49,721 bases of DNA from an uncultured Oscillospiraceae bacterium (GTDB lineage: Bacteria > Bacillota > Clostridia > Oscillospirales > Oscillospiraceae). The position numbers and the translations under genes are program-made. Of the stretch, positions 41,181 through 49,721 are shown piece after piece. How positions within the stretch are numbered: the stretch's first letter is position 1; each line of letters starts with the position of its first letter. The DNA lies in the NCBI GenBank assembly GCA_964518645.1, contig CAZFGL010000002.1:1-49721 (forward strand), in the 5' to 3' direction. The notes under the pieces are model-generated. The model saw nothing but the letters and a program-made list of their open reading frames with translations, ran no database searches and was not told the DNA's origin.

Positions 41181-43068
41181 CACGAAGCGCCTCCTTTTCC
41201 GCCTGGAGCTGAAGCTCCAGCTGCTGCTGCTCAAACAGACGGGCATAGCGTCCATCCAGCTTCATCAGTTCCTCATGGGTACCGCTTTCAGCGGACACCC
41301 CATCCTCCAGCATAATGATCTTATCCGCATTTTTTACGGTGGAAACACGGTGGGCAATGAGGATGGTGGTTTTGCCCCGGCGCAGTTCCTTCAGTGCGGA
41401 CAGGATCTTTTCCTCCGTATCCGTATCCACTGCCGAAAGTGCATCGTCCAGAATCAGGATCTGTGCATCCTTCATCAGTGCCCGGGCAATAGAGGTACGC
41501 TGCTTCTGTCCGCCGGACAGGGTAACGCCCCGTTCGCCCACCACGGTGGCATATTGTCTGGGGAAGTCCATAATATTATCATGAACATCTGCCGCCTTCG
41601 CCGCGGCCACAGCCTGATCGTAGTCGCCCCAGGCCTGATCGATCCGGCTCTCCCGCTCGCTCATCTCCTGCTCCACCCACTGCTCGGCCGCCTCACTCTG
41701 GCGAATGAAGATTTTCAGTTTTTTGGTCTCCTCCGGAGGTGCCTTGTCCAGGGTTCTGGTGCCAAAGGCAATATTGCTCTGAATGGTATCAGAAAACAGC
41801 AGATTCTCCTGGGGTACATAGGCAATGTTTTCCCGGAGCACCGACAGGGGAATTTCCCGAATATCCCTTCCGCCGATGAAGATCTGCCCCGGTTCCACAT
41901 TGTAAACCCGGGTGAGCAGACTGGTCAGAGTGGACTTTCCGCAGCCGGTACGGCCCAGAATACCCACCGTTGTTCCCGGCTCCATGACCTCGGTAAAACC
42001 GGAGAACACCTCCGGCAGTGCAGGACTGTAGCGGAAGTGCAGATCCTGAAAACGGATTCCGCTGCCCAGCGTATCAATGGTGGTGTCCGTATTTTCATCA
42101 TCCACGATCTCAGGCTGCTCCTGAAAAATGCTCTTGACCCGTTTCCAGGATGCCAGTCCCTGAGAGAACATGTTGATGGATTCACCGGCAGCCATCATAG
42201 GCCAGACCAGCGTCATAACATAGGAATTGAAGGCCACAAATTTGCCCAGGGTGATCTTCCCTTCGATCACCAGATACCCACCGTAAAGGAGGGTCAGCGC
42301 CACCGCAAGACCAATCAGGGCATCCAGCAGAGGCATAACCACCGCACGCAGTCTGACCACATGGAGATTTGCCTCTTTGGCCTCCCGGCTTCTCTCCCGG
42401 AACGCCTCCATCTCTTTCTCTTCCTGTACAAATGCCTTCACGATCCGGACACCGGAGATGCTCTCCTGCACCCGGTCGGACAGTCTTGCAAATACAGCCT
42501 GTTTCTTTTCAAATCTCCGGCTGATGGCTTTGCCGTAGCTGCTGCCCCCAAACAGGATCACCAGCAGGGGGATCATGGCCAGCAGGGTCAGCTTCAGATC
42601 CACATACACGATCATTTTAATGACCACCATCAGGGTCATAACAACTGCATCAAAGGTGGTCAGGATTCCGGGTCCCACCGCCATTCTGATGGCATCCATA
42701 TCGTTGGTAAAATAGGCCATCAGGTCACCGGTTTTATTGTGCTGATAGAACTTGGTGGAAAGGCCTGTCAGATGCTCATACAGCTGTTCCCGGATGTCCC
42801 GCTCTACCCGGCGGGAAGCGCCGAACATCAGCACACGCCAACCGAAGCGCATCAGCGCCACCACCACCGCAACGGCGACGATCAGCCCCACATCGGTAAA
42901 CAGCATTTTCATGGTAAAGCCGCCGGCAGTCAGTCCGTCTGTGATCTCGCCGGTAAACTGGGGGATATAAAGCTCCAGAAAGTCCACCAGCAGCAGACAC
43001 AGGAGGCCGCCTGCGTACTGACCGCCGTATTTCAGCATACTGCGGATCAGAGAAGGGCCCTTGTTCAT
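41170..43068 (-). CDS. ABC transporter permease/ATP-binding protein (exporter half; partner of 39444..41180) with insertion in the NBD
   Basis: 632 aa. TM domain, Walker A GRTGCGKST, signature LSGGQKQR and Walker B ILILDDALS. About 45 extra residues lie between the Q-loop region and the signature helix. Confidence 0.9.
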   Translation of the reverse strand: MNKGPSLIRSMLKYGGQYAGGLLCLLLVDFLELYIPQFTGEITDGLTAGGFTMKMLFTDVGLIVAVAVVVALMRFGWRVLMFGASRRVERDIREQLYEHLTGLSTKFYQHNKTGDLMAYFTNDMDAIRMAVGPGILTTFDAVVMTLMVVIKMIVYVDLKLTLLAMIPLLVILFGGSSYGKAISRRFEKKQAVFARLSDRVQESISGVRIVKAFVQEEKEMEAFRERSREAKEANLHVVRLRAVVMPLLDALIGLAVALTLLYGGYLVIEGKITLGKFVAFNSYVMTLVWPMMAAGESINMFSQGLASWKRVKSIFQEQPEIVDDENTDTTIDTLGSGIRFQDLHFRYSPALPEVFSGFTEVMEPGTTVGILGRTGCGKSTLTSLLTRVYNVEPGQIFIGGRDIREIPLSVLRENIAYVPQENLLFSDTIQSNIAFGTRTLDKAPPEETKKLKIFIRQSEAAEQWVEQEMSERESRIDQAWGDYDQAVAAAKAADVHDNIMDFPRQYATVVGERGVTLSGGQKQRTSIARALMKDAQILILDDALSAVDTDTEEKILSALKELRRGKTTILIAHRVSTVKNADKIIMLEDGVSAESGTHEELMKLDGRYARLFEQQQLELQLQAEKEALRDAE

Positions 43069-43165
43069 AGATGCAAAACTCCTTTCAAAATATCCATTAA
43101 AAGATATTGTAGCACGGGCAATTGGGAATTACAAGACAGTTTCCCCCGTCAAAGGGCAAAGAAAT

Positions 43166-43200
43166 CAGGACGTGCTACAAAAACTTCACAGCACGTCCTG
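43166..43200 (-). terminator. Terminator-like hairpin downstream of the amino-acid ABC operon
   Basis: 11-bp stem CAGGACGTGCT (43166..43176) / AGCACGTCCTG (43190..43200) with a 13-nt loop. The minus strand continues ATTTCTTTG. It follows the stop at 43231. Confidence 0.55.
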
Positions 43201-43230
43201 TATGTTCTTTCCATGGTACACGGACAGTTT

Positions 43231-43971
43231 TCAGTCCTCTTTGTTCACTGCCCGAAGGAACTGCCGGGTACGGGGATTCTGGGGATGATCCAGCACATCC
43301 TCCGGTCGTCCCTGCTCCACCACAACGCCACCGTCCATAAACACCACCCGGTCTGCAACCTCCCGGGCAAAGCCCATCTCATGGGTCACCACTGCCATGG
43401 TGATGCCTGTTTTGGCCACATCCTTCATGGTGTTAAGTACCTCGCCTACCAGTTCCGGATCCAGCGCCGCCGTAGGCTCGTCAAAAAGAATGGCGTGGGG
43501 CTTCAGCGCCAGCGCCCGGGCGATTCCCACACGCTGCTGCTGACCGCCGGAAAGCTGGGAGGGATAGTGATTCATCCGGTCGGACATGCCCACCACATTC
43601 AGATAGTATTCCGCGATCTCTCTGGCCTCTACCTTGGACTTTTTCTGCACCACAGTCAGACCGGCCATCACGTTCTGAATGGCAGTCTTGTTCCGGAACA
43701 GATTATAGTTCTGGAACACCATGGTAGAAAGCTTCCGGAGGGACTGAACCTCCTGCCGGGTATGGTTGGCAGCATCAATGGTCAGGTCTCCCACGGTAAT
43801 AAGGCCCTTTGTGGGGGTCTCCAGATAATTGGTACACCGGAGCAGCGTGGTTTTGCCGCTGCCGGAGGGTCCAAGGATACAGACCACCTCACCGGTGCCG
43901 ATCTCGAAATCAATGCCCTTGAGGACTTCCACCTCGCCAAATACTTTGTGGACGTTTTCGTATTTAATCAT
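43231..43971 (-). CDS. Amino acid ABC transporter ATP-binding protein (GlnQ/HisP-like)
   Basis: 246 aa. [24 protein letters not shown] and [13 protein letters not shown]. Confidence 0.92.
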   Translation of the reverse strand: MIKYENVHKVFGEVEVLKGIDFEIGTGEVVCILGPSGSGKTTLLRCTNYLETPTKGLITVGDLTIDAANHTRQEVQSLRKLSTMVFQNYNLFRNKTAIQNVMAGLTVVQKKSKVEAREIAEYYLNVVGMSDRMNHYPSQLSGGQQQRVGIARALALKPHAILFDEPTAALDPELVGEVLNTMKDVAKTGITMAVVTHEMGFAREVADRVVFMDGGVVVEQGRPEDVLDHPQNPRTRQFLRAVNKED

Positions 43972-43986
43972 TTTCGCGCCCTCCCA

Positions 43987-44655
43987 TTAATACTTGGCAT
44001 TGGCTTTTTTCTCAATGACCTTCTGAATGGAAACAAAGACCATATTCAGCAGCCAGTAGAGAATCAGCACACAGAGGTAGACCTCCATAAAACGATAGGA
44101 CTTGTTCGCCAGCATTTTCGCTTTGAGCATCATGTCCATGACACCCACCACGGAGCACATTGCACTGCCCTTGAAGCACTCGATGAAATTGTTCATCAGA
44201 GAGGGCACTGCCAGCCGGAACGCCTGGGGCAGCACCACATGGATATATCCCTGAAGGGTGGTCATACCGCAGGTAATGCAGGCCTCCATCTGCCCCTTGT
44301 CCACAGACACGATGGCACCGCGGATAGTCTCTGCCATAAATGCGGAATAGCTCAGTGCCAGACACATAATGGCCTTGGCCGCCAGACTCAGTTCCCCAAG
44401 CCCGGGGATCAGGGGAAACACGCCATAGACAAACAAAAACAGCTGGGCAATAAGGGGGGTGCCCCGGAACAGAGACAGCCACACCTTCATGATAAACTGG
44501 ATCACCCGGTTTTTCACCATGCCAATGACCGCCAGCACAATGGCCAGAATAAAGGCCGCCACAAAGGAGCAGAAAGTGACCATCATGGTCATGCCAAGGC
44601 AGCTCAGAATCGGTTGAAATGCCTCGTAGAAGTATTCAGGCGCAAAATTGTACAC
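43987..44655 (-). CDS. Amino acid ABC transporter permease (His/Glu/Gln/Arg/opine family)
   Basis: 222 aa and polytopic. The EAA-like loop is YSAFMAETIRGAIVSVDKGQMEA. Confidence 0.9.
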   Translation of the reverse strand: MYNFAPEYFYEAFQPILSCLGMTMMVTFCSFVAAFILAIVLAVIGMVKNRVIQFIMKVWLSLFRGTPLIAQLFLFVYGVFPLIPGLGELSLAAKAIMCLALSYSAFMAETIRGAIVSVDKGQMEACITCGMTTLQGYIHVVLPQAFRLAVPSLMNNFIECFKGSAMCSVVGVMDMMLKAKMLANKSYRFMEVYLCVLILYWLLNMVFVSIQKVIEKKANAKY

Positions 44656-44727
44656 AGGAGCGCTCTCCCTTCATAGTGTTTGGGGCTGCCTCACGGGAAG
44701 GCAGCCCCTTCATTTTGTTGTTCAGTA

Positions 44728-45726
44728 TCAGCCTTCGAAGCTGTTCCAGGCGTTCTCGCCGGTGGGCTCAACATAGTTGACGCAGCCCTCGGGGAGGCCG
44801 GTAACGTCCATGCCGAACCACTTGTTGGACATCTCAGTGAGGGTGCCGTCAGCATGCATCTGATCCAGCAGCTCATTGATGGCAAGGATGGTGTCCTTGT
44901 TCTCTTCCACACGGTTCCATGCATAAACGATGGGCATGTTCTTCTTCTGGATGTCCTGAATGTTCAGAACATCGGAGTAGCCCAGCTGCTGGATCTTATA
45001 AGCACAGGTAGAGGTGGTCATAAGCGCAGCGTCGGTCTCCTTGTTGATCACGTTCTGAATCAGAACGGCGGAGGAGTCGGGGTACATACCGGTGATCTCC
45101 ACGCCGTTCTCCTTCTGCTCAGCGATGATCTCTTCCAGCAGCAGGGCGGGGTTGGAACCGGCGGGGGTGCAGATGGTCTTGCCATCCCAGAAGCTCAGAT
45201 CGCCAGCCTCAGGAACACCATCCTCAGTACGGGAAACCATGGAATAGGACTCCCATGCATAGGTGTTGGAGAACCAGTAAGCCTCAAGGCGGTCAGCATT
45301 GGTGGTGGTCAGGCAGGCGATGGTATCGACCTCGCCGCTCTGGAGCATACCCCAGAGGCCGGTGGGGTCAGCCACACGCCACTCAAGGTTAATGCCGTAG
45401 TAGTCGCAGATATAGTTCATGACATCAATGTCCATGCCCTCAACGCCGCCGTTCTCGTCGTCCTGGCTCCAGCCGGCCTGCTGGCCGGAGGTTGCCACCG
45501 TCAGAGTGGTGCCGGCAAGGGCAGCCCACTTGGTCTTAAGATCAACGCCATCACCGGCTGCCACAGAAGCCTCAGCCTCGGAAGCCCCTGCTTCGGGAGC
45601 CTCAGGTGCCTCGGACACTGCATCAGATACAGGTGCGGAACTCTCAGTGGCGGACTCGGCGCCACCGCAGGCTGCCAGACCCAGCACCATGACCATGGCC
45701 AGCAGCAGGCAAAGAAGTTTCTTCAT
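44728..45726 (-). CDS. Amino acid ABC transporter substrate-binding lipoprotein (family 3)
   Basis: Start taken at ATG 45726 after GGAGGAAAT, giving MKKLLCLLLAMVMVLGLAACGG (lipobox). An acidic linker is followed by a type-2 periplasmic-binding fold. Confidence 0.85.
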   Translation of the reverse strand: MKKLLCLLLAMVMVLGLAACGGAESATESSAPVSDAVSEAPEAPEAGASEAEASVAAGDGVDLKTKWAALAGTTLTVATSGQQAGWSQDDENGGVEGMDIDVMNYICDYYGINLEWRVADPTGLWGMLQSGEVDTIACLTTTNADRLEAYWFSNTYAWESYSMVSRTEDGVPEAGDLSFWDGKTICTPAGSNPALLLEEIIAEQKENGVEITGMYPDSSAVLIQNVINKETDAALMTTSTCAYKIQQLGYSDVLNIQDIQKKNMPIVYAWNRVEENKDTILAINELLDQMHADGTLTEMSNKWFGMDVTGLPEGCVNYVEPTGENAWNSFEG

Positions 45727-45979
45727 TTGAATTTCCTCCAAACATAAATAATCTCTTTTCTTTCACCGAAAAGAACCGGGGATTCCCCCGGATTTTGTTA
45801 GGTAGCTTAATTTTAGGTGTTTTTTTCCGGCCTGTCAAGTCATAGTTGTGATTATGGCACTTTATTTCAGCATTTGATAAAATTTTCTTTCGAATATAGT
45901 GGAATTCCGTCTATATTATGTGGTAAAATGAGGATGATGAGCCTTCAATGCTCAAAAGAACACACTTGTGGTGATATTC

Positions 45980-47041
45980 ATGGATACATCCTTCCGTTCC
46001 ATTCTTTCTTTTCAGTTTTCCCGGTATCCCCTGATGGAACCACGGGACGTGATGAAGCTCTGCTTCCAGAGCGAATTTGGCCCGGAACACATGATTCTTC
46101 AGCCGGATCAGATGGAACACTATCTGCTTCAGGAATGGTCATCCCTGCCCGACACCACCCCGGACATCCCCCCGGAGGACATTGGAAACGGGCTGGTTCG
46201 GTTTCATCTTACAACACAATATACCCCTTCCGAAGCCGTCCCCCTGCTCTCCCGGCTGTTTACATGGACTGCCCGGCAGCACAGGGGCACCACCCAGGGG
46301 CTGGAACAGCGGCTCCGGATCGCCCGGGATTTTTCCCGGGAGCATCAGAGCGCTGATTTTGTTCAGGCACTGGATCAGGCCTTCTCCCAGTGGCAGCAGG
46401 CCGGATACCCGGCGGTTCATCACAGCGACCCTTTCCGGGAGGCCTACGCCCCCCATTACCGGCTGCTGCGCCGGGACTATGCCTGCTATTTCCCCCTTCT
46501 GGTTGAGCTCTCCCGCATAAATCAGGGGATCATCGCCATCGACGGCTGCTGTGGCAGCGGCAAGACCCATCTGGCAGAACTGCTGAAAGAGCTGCTTGGA
46601 TGTCCCCTGATCCATATGGACGATTATTATCTGCCCCTCTCCCGGCGGCAGGGAGACTGGAAAAGCATCCCCGGCAGGAATATGGATTTCCGCCGTCTCC
46701 GGGAGCAGGTGCTGGAACCTGCCACAAATCAGCTTCCCCTGACCCTTCAGGCATATGACTGTCGCCGGGATTCCCTGAGTCCCCCGGAGGTTCTTCCCCC
46801 CGCTCCCCTGATTCTTCTGGAGGGCAGCTACAGTCATCACCCGGAGATCGCCCTCTGGATTCGAAAAAAGGTTTTCCTGACCTGTGATCCCCAGACCCAG
46901 AACCGGCGGCTTGCCCGGCGGGAGGGCGACTATATTTCTGTCTTTCAATCCCTCTGGATCCCCATGGAGCAGCGGTATCACGCCGCATGCCCCCCTGCCG
47001 GGGATGTACTGAGGGTGGATACCAGTGATTTTTTCAACTGA
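45980..47041 (+). CDS. P-loop kinase (uridine kinase/PRK-like) fused to an uncharacterised ~185-aa N-terminal domain
   Basis: Track ORF starts at GTG 45968. ATG 45980 (MDTSFRS...) is more plausible. Walker A IAIDGCCGSGKTHLA, then HMDDYY and LILLEGSYSHHPE, typical of the uridine-kinase fold. Confidence 0.7.
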   Translation: MDTSFRSILSFQFSRYPLMEPRDVMKLCFQSEFGPEHMILQPDQMEHYLLQEWSSLPDTTPDIPPEDIGNGLVRFHLTTQYTPSEAVPLLSRLFTWTARQHRGTTQGLEQRLRIARDFSREHQSADFVQALDQAFSQWQQAGYPAVHHSDPFREAYAPHYRLLRRDYACYFPLLVELSRINQGIIAIDGCCGSGKTHLAELLKELLGCPLIHMDDYYLPLSRRQGDWKSIPGRNMDFRRLREQVLEPATNQLPLTLQAYDCRRDSLSPPEVLPPAPLILLEGSYSHHPEIALWIRKKVFLTCDPQTQNRRLARREGDYISVFQSLWIPMEQRYHAACPPAGDVLRVDTSDFFN

Positions 47042-47058
47042 CATAAGGAGTTGACATT

Positions 47059-49047
47059 ATGTTTTGTAAGTATTGCGGCAAACAGATCCCCGATCACTCC
47101 CGTTTTTGCAGATTCTGCGGCAAGGATATCGCACCGGCCGCCGAAGCCCCCGTCATTCCCCCGGACAACAGCACCCAGAACGACACCCTCAGCGGCACTG
47201 TCCCCGTGATTCCGGATCTGTCCTCGACCTTTTCCGATCCGGGCACATTCGGTGCAAACTATGTGGATCCGGGCGCTCCGGCTTACGGCACCACCCCCGA
47301 CTACAGCGATGGATTCAGTTCCGAGTATGACGTTTCCCCTGACGGTGGCTATGCCAGCGGAGGAAACTATGTGAACAGTACCTACTACGGGGGCTATGGG
47401 TCAGATGATGTTGGCTCCTACGAGGACATTATGAAGGAATTCGGCACCGACACCTCCGATGATGTTCCCCCGCTGATATATGATGTTCCCCCGGCAGCCC
47501 CCGCAAAGGCCTCCGGCACCTCCAATAAAAAGATTCTGGTGCTGATCTCTGCGGCGGTGACGCTGGTTCTGCTGTCAGTAACGGTATTTCTCTGTATAAA
47601 GATGCTGGTTCCCGACCCGGAGGACGACCCCATTGTACAGGAGCATGAGCATTCGGAATATGTCAGTCCTTCCCCCTCTGCTACACCTACTCCGTCACCC
47701 TCACCCACGCCCAGCACGAAGCCCTCGGCAAAGCCTTCTCCCACCAATCAGATTCAGCCTCAGATCAGCCCTCCGAAGGCATCCCCTTCTCCGTCGGCTT
47801 CCCCCTCCCCTTCCACAAAGCCTTCCCCGTCTCCTTCCGCAACCCCCACCCCTGCCCCCTCTGCAACGCCGAAACCCACTCCCACTCCGGCACCTACCCC
47901 CACACCGGTGGTAAATAACACCGTTGTGGGCTACCGGTATGTGGACTATGTTCCCAACAGCATTTATCTGCTGGATTCCATGAACGACCAGAGTGGCAAG
48001 GTGCTTGCCACCATTCCCGTGGGCACCAAGGTGGATTTCGTGGAGAGCTATGTTAACGGCTATTCCCGGATCCGCTACAACGGCACCTACGGTTATTCCA
48101 AGAGCGATTATCTCTCCCAGAGCAAGCCCAATCTCACTGTTACAAGATCGGTATATGTGGCCAACGTGGACATGTGCGCATATTTCCGCACCGCCCCTGC
48201 CGCCTCTGACAGCAATGTGCTGACCTATGTATATCTGGATCAGGAGCTTGGCTATATCGAGACCACCTCCAACGGTTATATGAAGGTGAAATACGGGGAT
48301 TATTACGGCTATGTCCATTCCGATTACATCTCCTCCTTCGCCCCCAACACCACCGTGGTCTCCACCAAATACATATCCGGGGTGAGCTACGGCGCATATC
48401 TGCTGTATTATCCCGCTCCCGGCTCTTCCGCCATTCTGACCATTCCCGTAAACACTCCTGTGGACTTTATTCAGGATCAGGGCAACGGCTACTGCAAGGT
48501 CAGCTACAACGGCTACATCGGATATGTACTGAAGGATTATCTCTCCGACACAGATCCCGTTGTTGAGGCTGCCGAAAAGGCACACAACGCTCTTCTGGGT
48601 TACACCGGCATGAGCAACTACTGCTTCATTGACATCAACGGAGATGGGGTTGACGAGATGCTGGCATGTGACTCCACCAAGACCATGGACGGCATGACCG
48701 TAAGCAACTCTGCCCCTCATCTGTACGTCTATAAAAACGGCTCCGTGAGCGACAAGGGCGTGCTTGGCGACAGCTCCAGCACCGCAGCCACCCGCTTCCG
48801 TAAAATGTCCGACGGCACTTACAAAATCGTCACCGAGTCTGCCGATGCAGACACCTACATCTGCACCATCTATACCCTCGGTTGGGACGGCACCCTCAGC
48901 TATGATGAATGGCGTACCTTCCCGGTGGACGGAGTCACCAAATACTATCTGAACCAGAACGGTTTTGAGATCGAGATGACCCAGGCAGATTATGATGCCG
49001 CTGTAACGGCCCCCAGCTTCTCCTATGTGGAGTATCAGAAAAAGTAA
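47059..49047 (+). CDS. Membrane protein: N-terminal zinc-ribbon, one TM helix, P/S/T-rich linker, three SH3b-like repeats, unknown C-terminal domain
   Basis: 662 aa. MFCKYCGKQIPDHSRFCRFCGK has two CxxC pairs. The TM helix is ILVLISAAVTLVLLSVTVFLCIKMLV. Three repeats of ~65 aa end in ..NGY.(K/R)(V/I).YNG..GY....Y(L/I)S. Confidence 0.85.
   Translation: MFCKYCGKQIPDHSRFCRFCGKDIAPAAEAPVIPPDNSTQNDTLSGTVPVIPDLSSTFSDPGTFGANYVDPGAPAYGTTPDYSDGFSSEYDVSPDGGYASGGNYVNSTYYGGYGSDDVGSYEDIMKEFGTDTSDDVPPLIYDVPPAAPAKASGTSNKKILVLISAAVTLVLLSVTVFLCIKMLVPDPEDDPIVQEHEHSEYVSPSPSATPTPSPSPTPSTKPSAKPSPTNQIQPQISPPKASPSPSASPSPSTKPSPSPSATPTPAPSATPKPTPTPAPTPTPVVNNTVVGYRYVDYVPNSIYLLDSMNDQSGKVLATIPVGTKVDFVESYVNGYSRIRYNGTYGYSKSDYLSQSKPNLTVTRSVYVANVDMCAYFRTAPAASDSNVLTYVYLDQELGYIETTSNGYMKVKYGDYYGYVHSDYISSFAPNTTVVSTKYISGVSYGAYLLYYPAPGSSAILTIPVNTPVDFIQDQGNGYCKVSYNGYIGYVLKDYLSDTDPVVEAAEKAHNALLGYTGMSNYCFIDINGDGVDEMLACDSTKTMDGMTVSNSAPHLYVYKNGSVSDKGVLGDSSSTAATRFRKMSDGTYKIVTESADADTYICTIYTLGWDGTLSYDEWRTFPVDGVTKYYLNQNGFEIEMTQADYDAAVTAPSFSYVEYQKK
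47665..47907 (+). repeat. Low-complexity P/S/T/A/K-coding tract inside 47059..49047
   Basis: It encodes SPSPSATPTPSPSPTPSTKPSAKPSP...ASPSPSASPSPSTKPSPSPSATPTPAPSATPKPTPTPAPTPTP. These are imperfect short CCn/TCn/ACn repeats, in frame. Confidence 0.8.
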
Positions 49048-49050
49048 CGC

Positions 49051-49085
49051 AAAACGCCCGCTGCATCCGGCAGCGGGCGTTTTTA
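49051..49085 (+). terminator. Rho-independent terminator
   Basis: 11-bp stem ACGCCCGCTGC (49054..49064) / GCAGCGGGCGT (49070..49080), followed by TTTTT. Confidence 0.85.
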
Positions 49086-49124
49086 TGATTGCAATGTATT
49101 TTTCGGTGGTTTTCTGTCCGGATA

Positions 49125-49157
49125 ACAAAAGAGCTGCCGCTTTCGCGACAGCTCTTG
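49125..49157 (-). terminator. Terminator downstream of the second CoA-transferase B gene
   Basis: Stem AGAGCTG (49130..49136) / CAGCTCT (49149..49155) plus inner CGC/GCG pairs. The A-run 49127..49130 gives a U-run on the minus strand. Confidence 0.6.
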
Positions 49158-49167
49158 CCTGATCAAA

Positions 49168-49721
49168 TTACACCATGCAGCCTACGTTCTCGGGGATGAT
49201 GAGCTTTGCGCCAGTCTTGGCAACAACCTCGTCCACGGTTACGCCGGGAGCAACTTCCAGGAGCTTTGCGCCTTCGGGAGTGATCTCAATGAGAGCCAGC
49301 TCGGAAACAACATAGTTGATGCAGTGATAGCCGGTGAGGGGCATGTTGGTCTTTTCAACGATCTTGGGATTGCCCTTCTTGTCGCAGTGGGTGGTCATAA
49401 CGATGGTAACCTTGGAGCCGGTTACCAGGTCCATAGCGCCGCCCATGCCGGCAGCAGTCTTGCCGGGGATCATCCAGTTGGCCAGGTTGCCCTCAGCGTC
49501 AACCTCGTATGCGCCCAGAACGGTAGCATCAATGTGACCGCCACGGATAAAGCCGAAGGAACGGAAGCTGTCGAAGCAGGAGCCACCCACACGCAGTACG
49601 GAGGGCTTGCCGCCAGCGTCAACAACGTTGGGGTCAGCGTACTCCCCTTCCTTGGGAGCGCCGGTGAGGCCAACGACACCGTTCTCGGAGTCAACCCAAA
49701 CGTCCACGCCCTCGGGCAGGT
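49168..49721 (-). CDS. CoA-transferase subunit B, second copy (5' end beyond the right window edge)
   Basis: The reading frame stays open upstream of the track start (..LPEG-VDVWVDSENGVVGL). It has the SENG active-site motif, GGAMDLV and KIVEKTNMPLTG. It is a paralog of 36502..37185. Confidence 0.85.
   Translation of the reverse strand, partial: LPEGVDVWVDSENGVVGLTGAPKEGEYADPNVVDAGGKPSVLRVGGSCFDSFRSFGFIRGGHIDATVLGAYEVDAEGNLANWMIPGKTAAGMGGAMDLVTGSKVTIVMTTHCDKKGNPKIVEKTNMPLTGYHCINYVVSELALIEITPEGAKLLEVAPGVTVDEVVAKTGAKLIIPENVGCMV

Noticed and set aside
41275-44676. 1133-aa plus-strand ORF
   Set aside because: It runs antisense across three separate, motif-rich minus-strand genes (ABC exporter, amino-acid ABC ATPase and permease). 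Long open antisense frames are expected in GC3-rich DNA.
47665-47907. Possible tandem-repeat or CRISPR-like array
   Set aside because: It has short, imperfect, in-frame Pro/Ser/Thr codon repeats within a continuous ORF. There is no repeat-spacer periodicity of 25-40 nt, and there are no cas genes.
34979-49128. Other long antisense ORFs (34979..36412 +, 37935..39248 +, 39360..41138 +, 44680..45747 +, 47701..49128 -, 30418..31623 -)
   Set aside because: Each lies opposite a gene with clear family motifs (MATE, thiolase, ABC, SBP, SH3b protein, beta-helix protein). All have the same G/V/H/L/R-rich shadow composition.

Overview
GC-rich, GC3-biased Clostridia-like chromosomal window; the taxon is inferred only from composition and gene content. 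It holds about 40 credible protein genes. I see no rRNA, tRNA, CRISPR array, integrase or transposase. Left to right: a low-GC marR-MATE module (1-1165), then radC-pyrE and a second MATE pump. Next comes a ~22-kb accessory-looking island (4154-26109), the main point of interest. It encodes four paralogous large lipoprotein solute-binding proteins with no permease or ATPase partners, two 2,4-dienoyl-CoA-reductase/OYE-type flavin oxidoreductases, an SDR, a VOC/glyoxalase-fold protein and a flavodoxin-like Fe-S flavoprotein. It also encodes two tandem receiver-less AraC regulators and one Rossmann-like orphan protein. Flanking the AraC pair in inverted orientation are two diverged copies of a tightly coupled three-gene cassette of elongated NTF2/SnoaL-like proteins (types A-B-C). 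I interpret this as an undescribed, probably heteromeric NTF2-fold enzyme system inside a bai-/equol-like reductive small-molecule (steroid, bile acid or flavonoid type) transformation locus; the substrate is unknown. To the right lie ung, a divergent pair of beta-helix proteins (one 1085-aa surface-anchored, one cytosolic), proBA and a MATE/lipid-kinase pair. These are followed by a thiolase/CoA-transferase operon, a heterodimeric ABC exporter, an amino-acid ABC importer, a P-loop kinase fusion, a zinc-ribbon/SH3b membrane protein and the end of a second CoA-transferase. Many very long ORFs in the track are antisense shadows of real genes (a high-GC effect) and were rejected.
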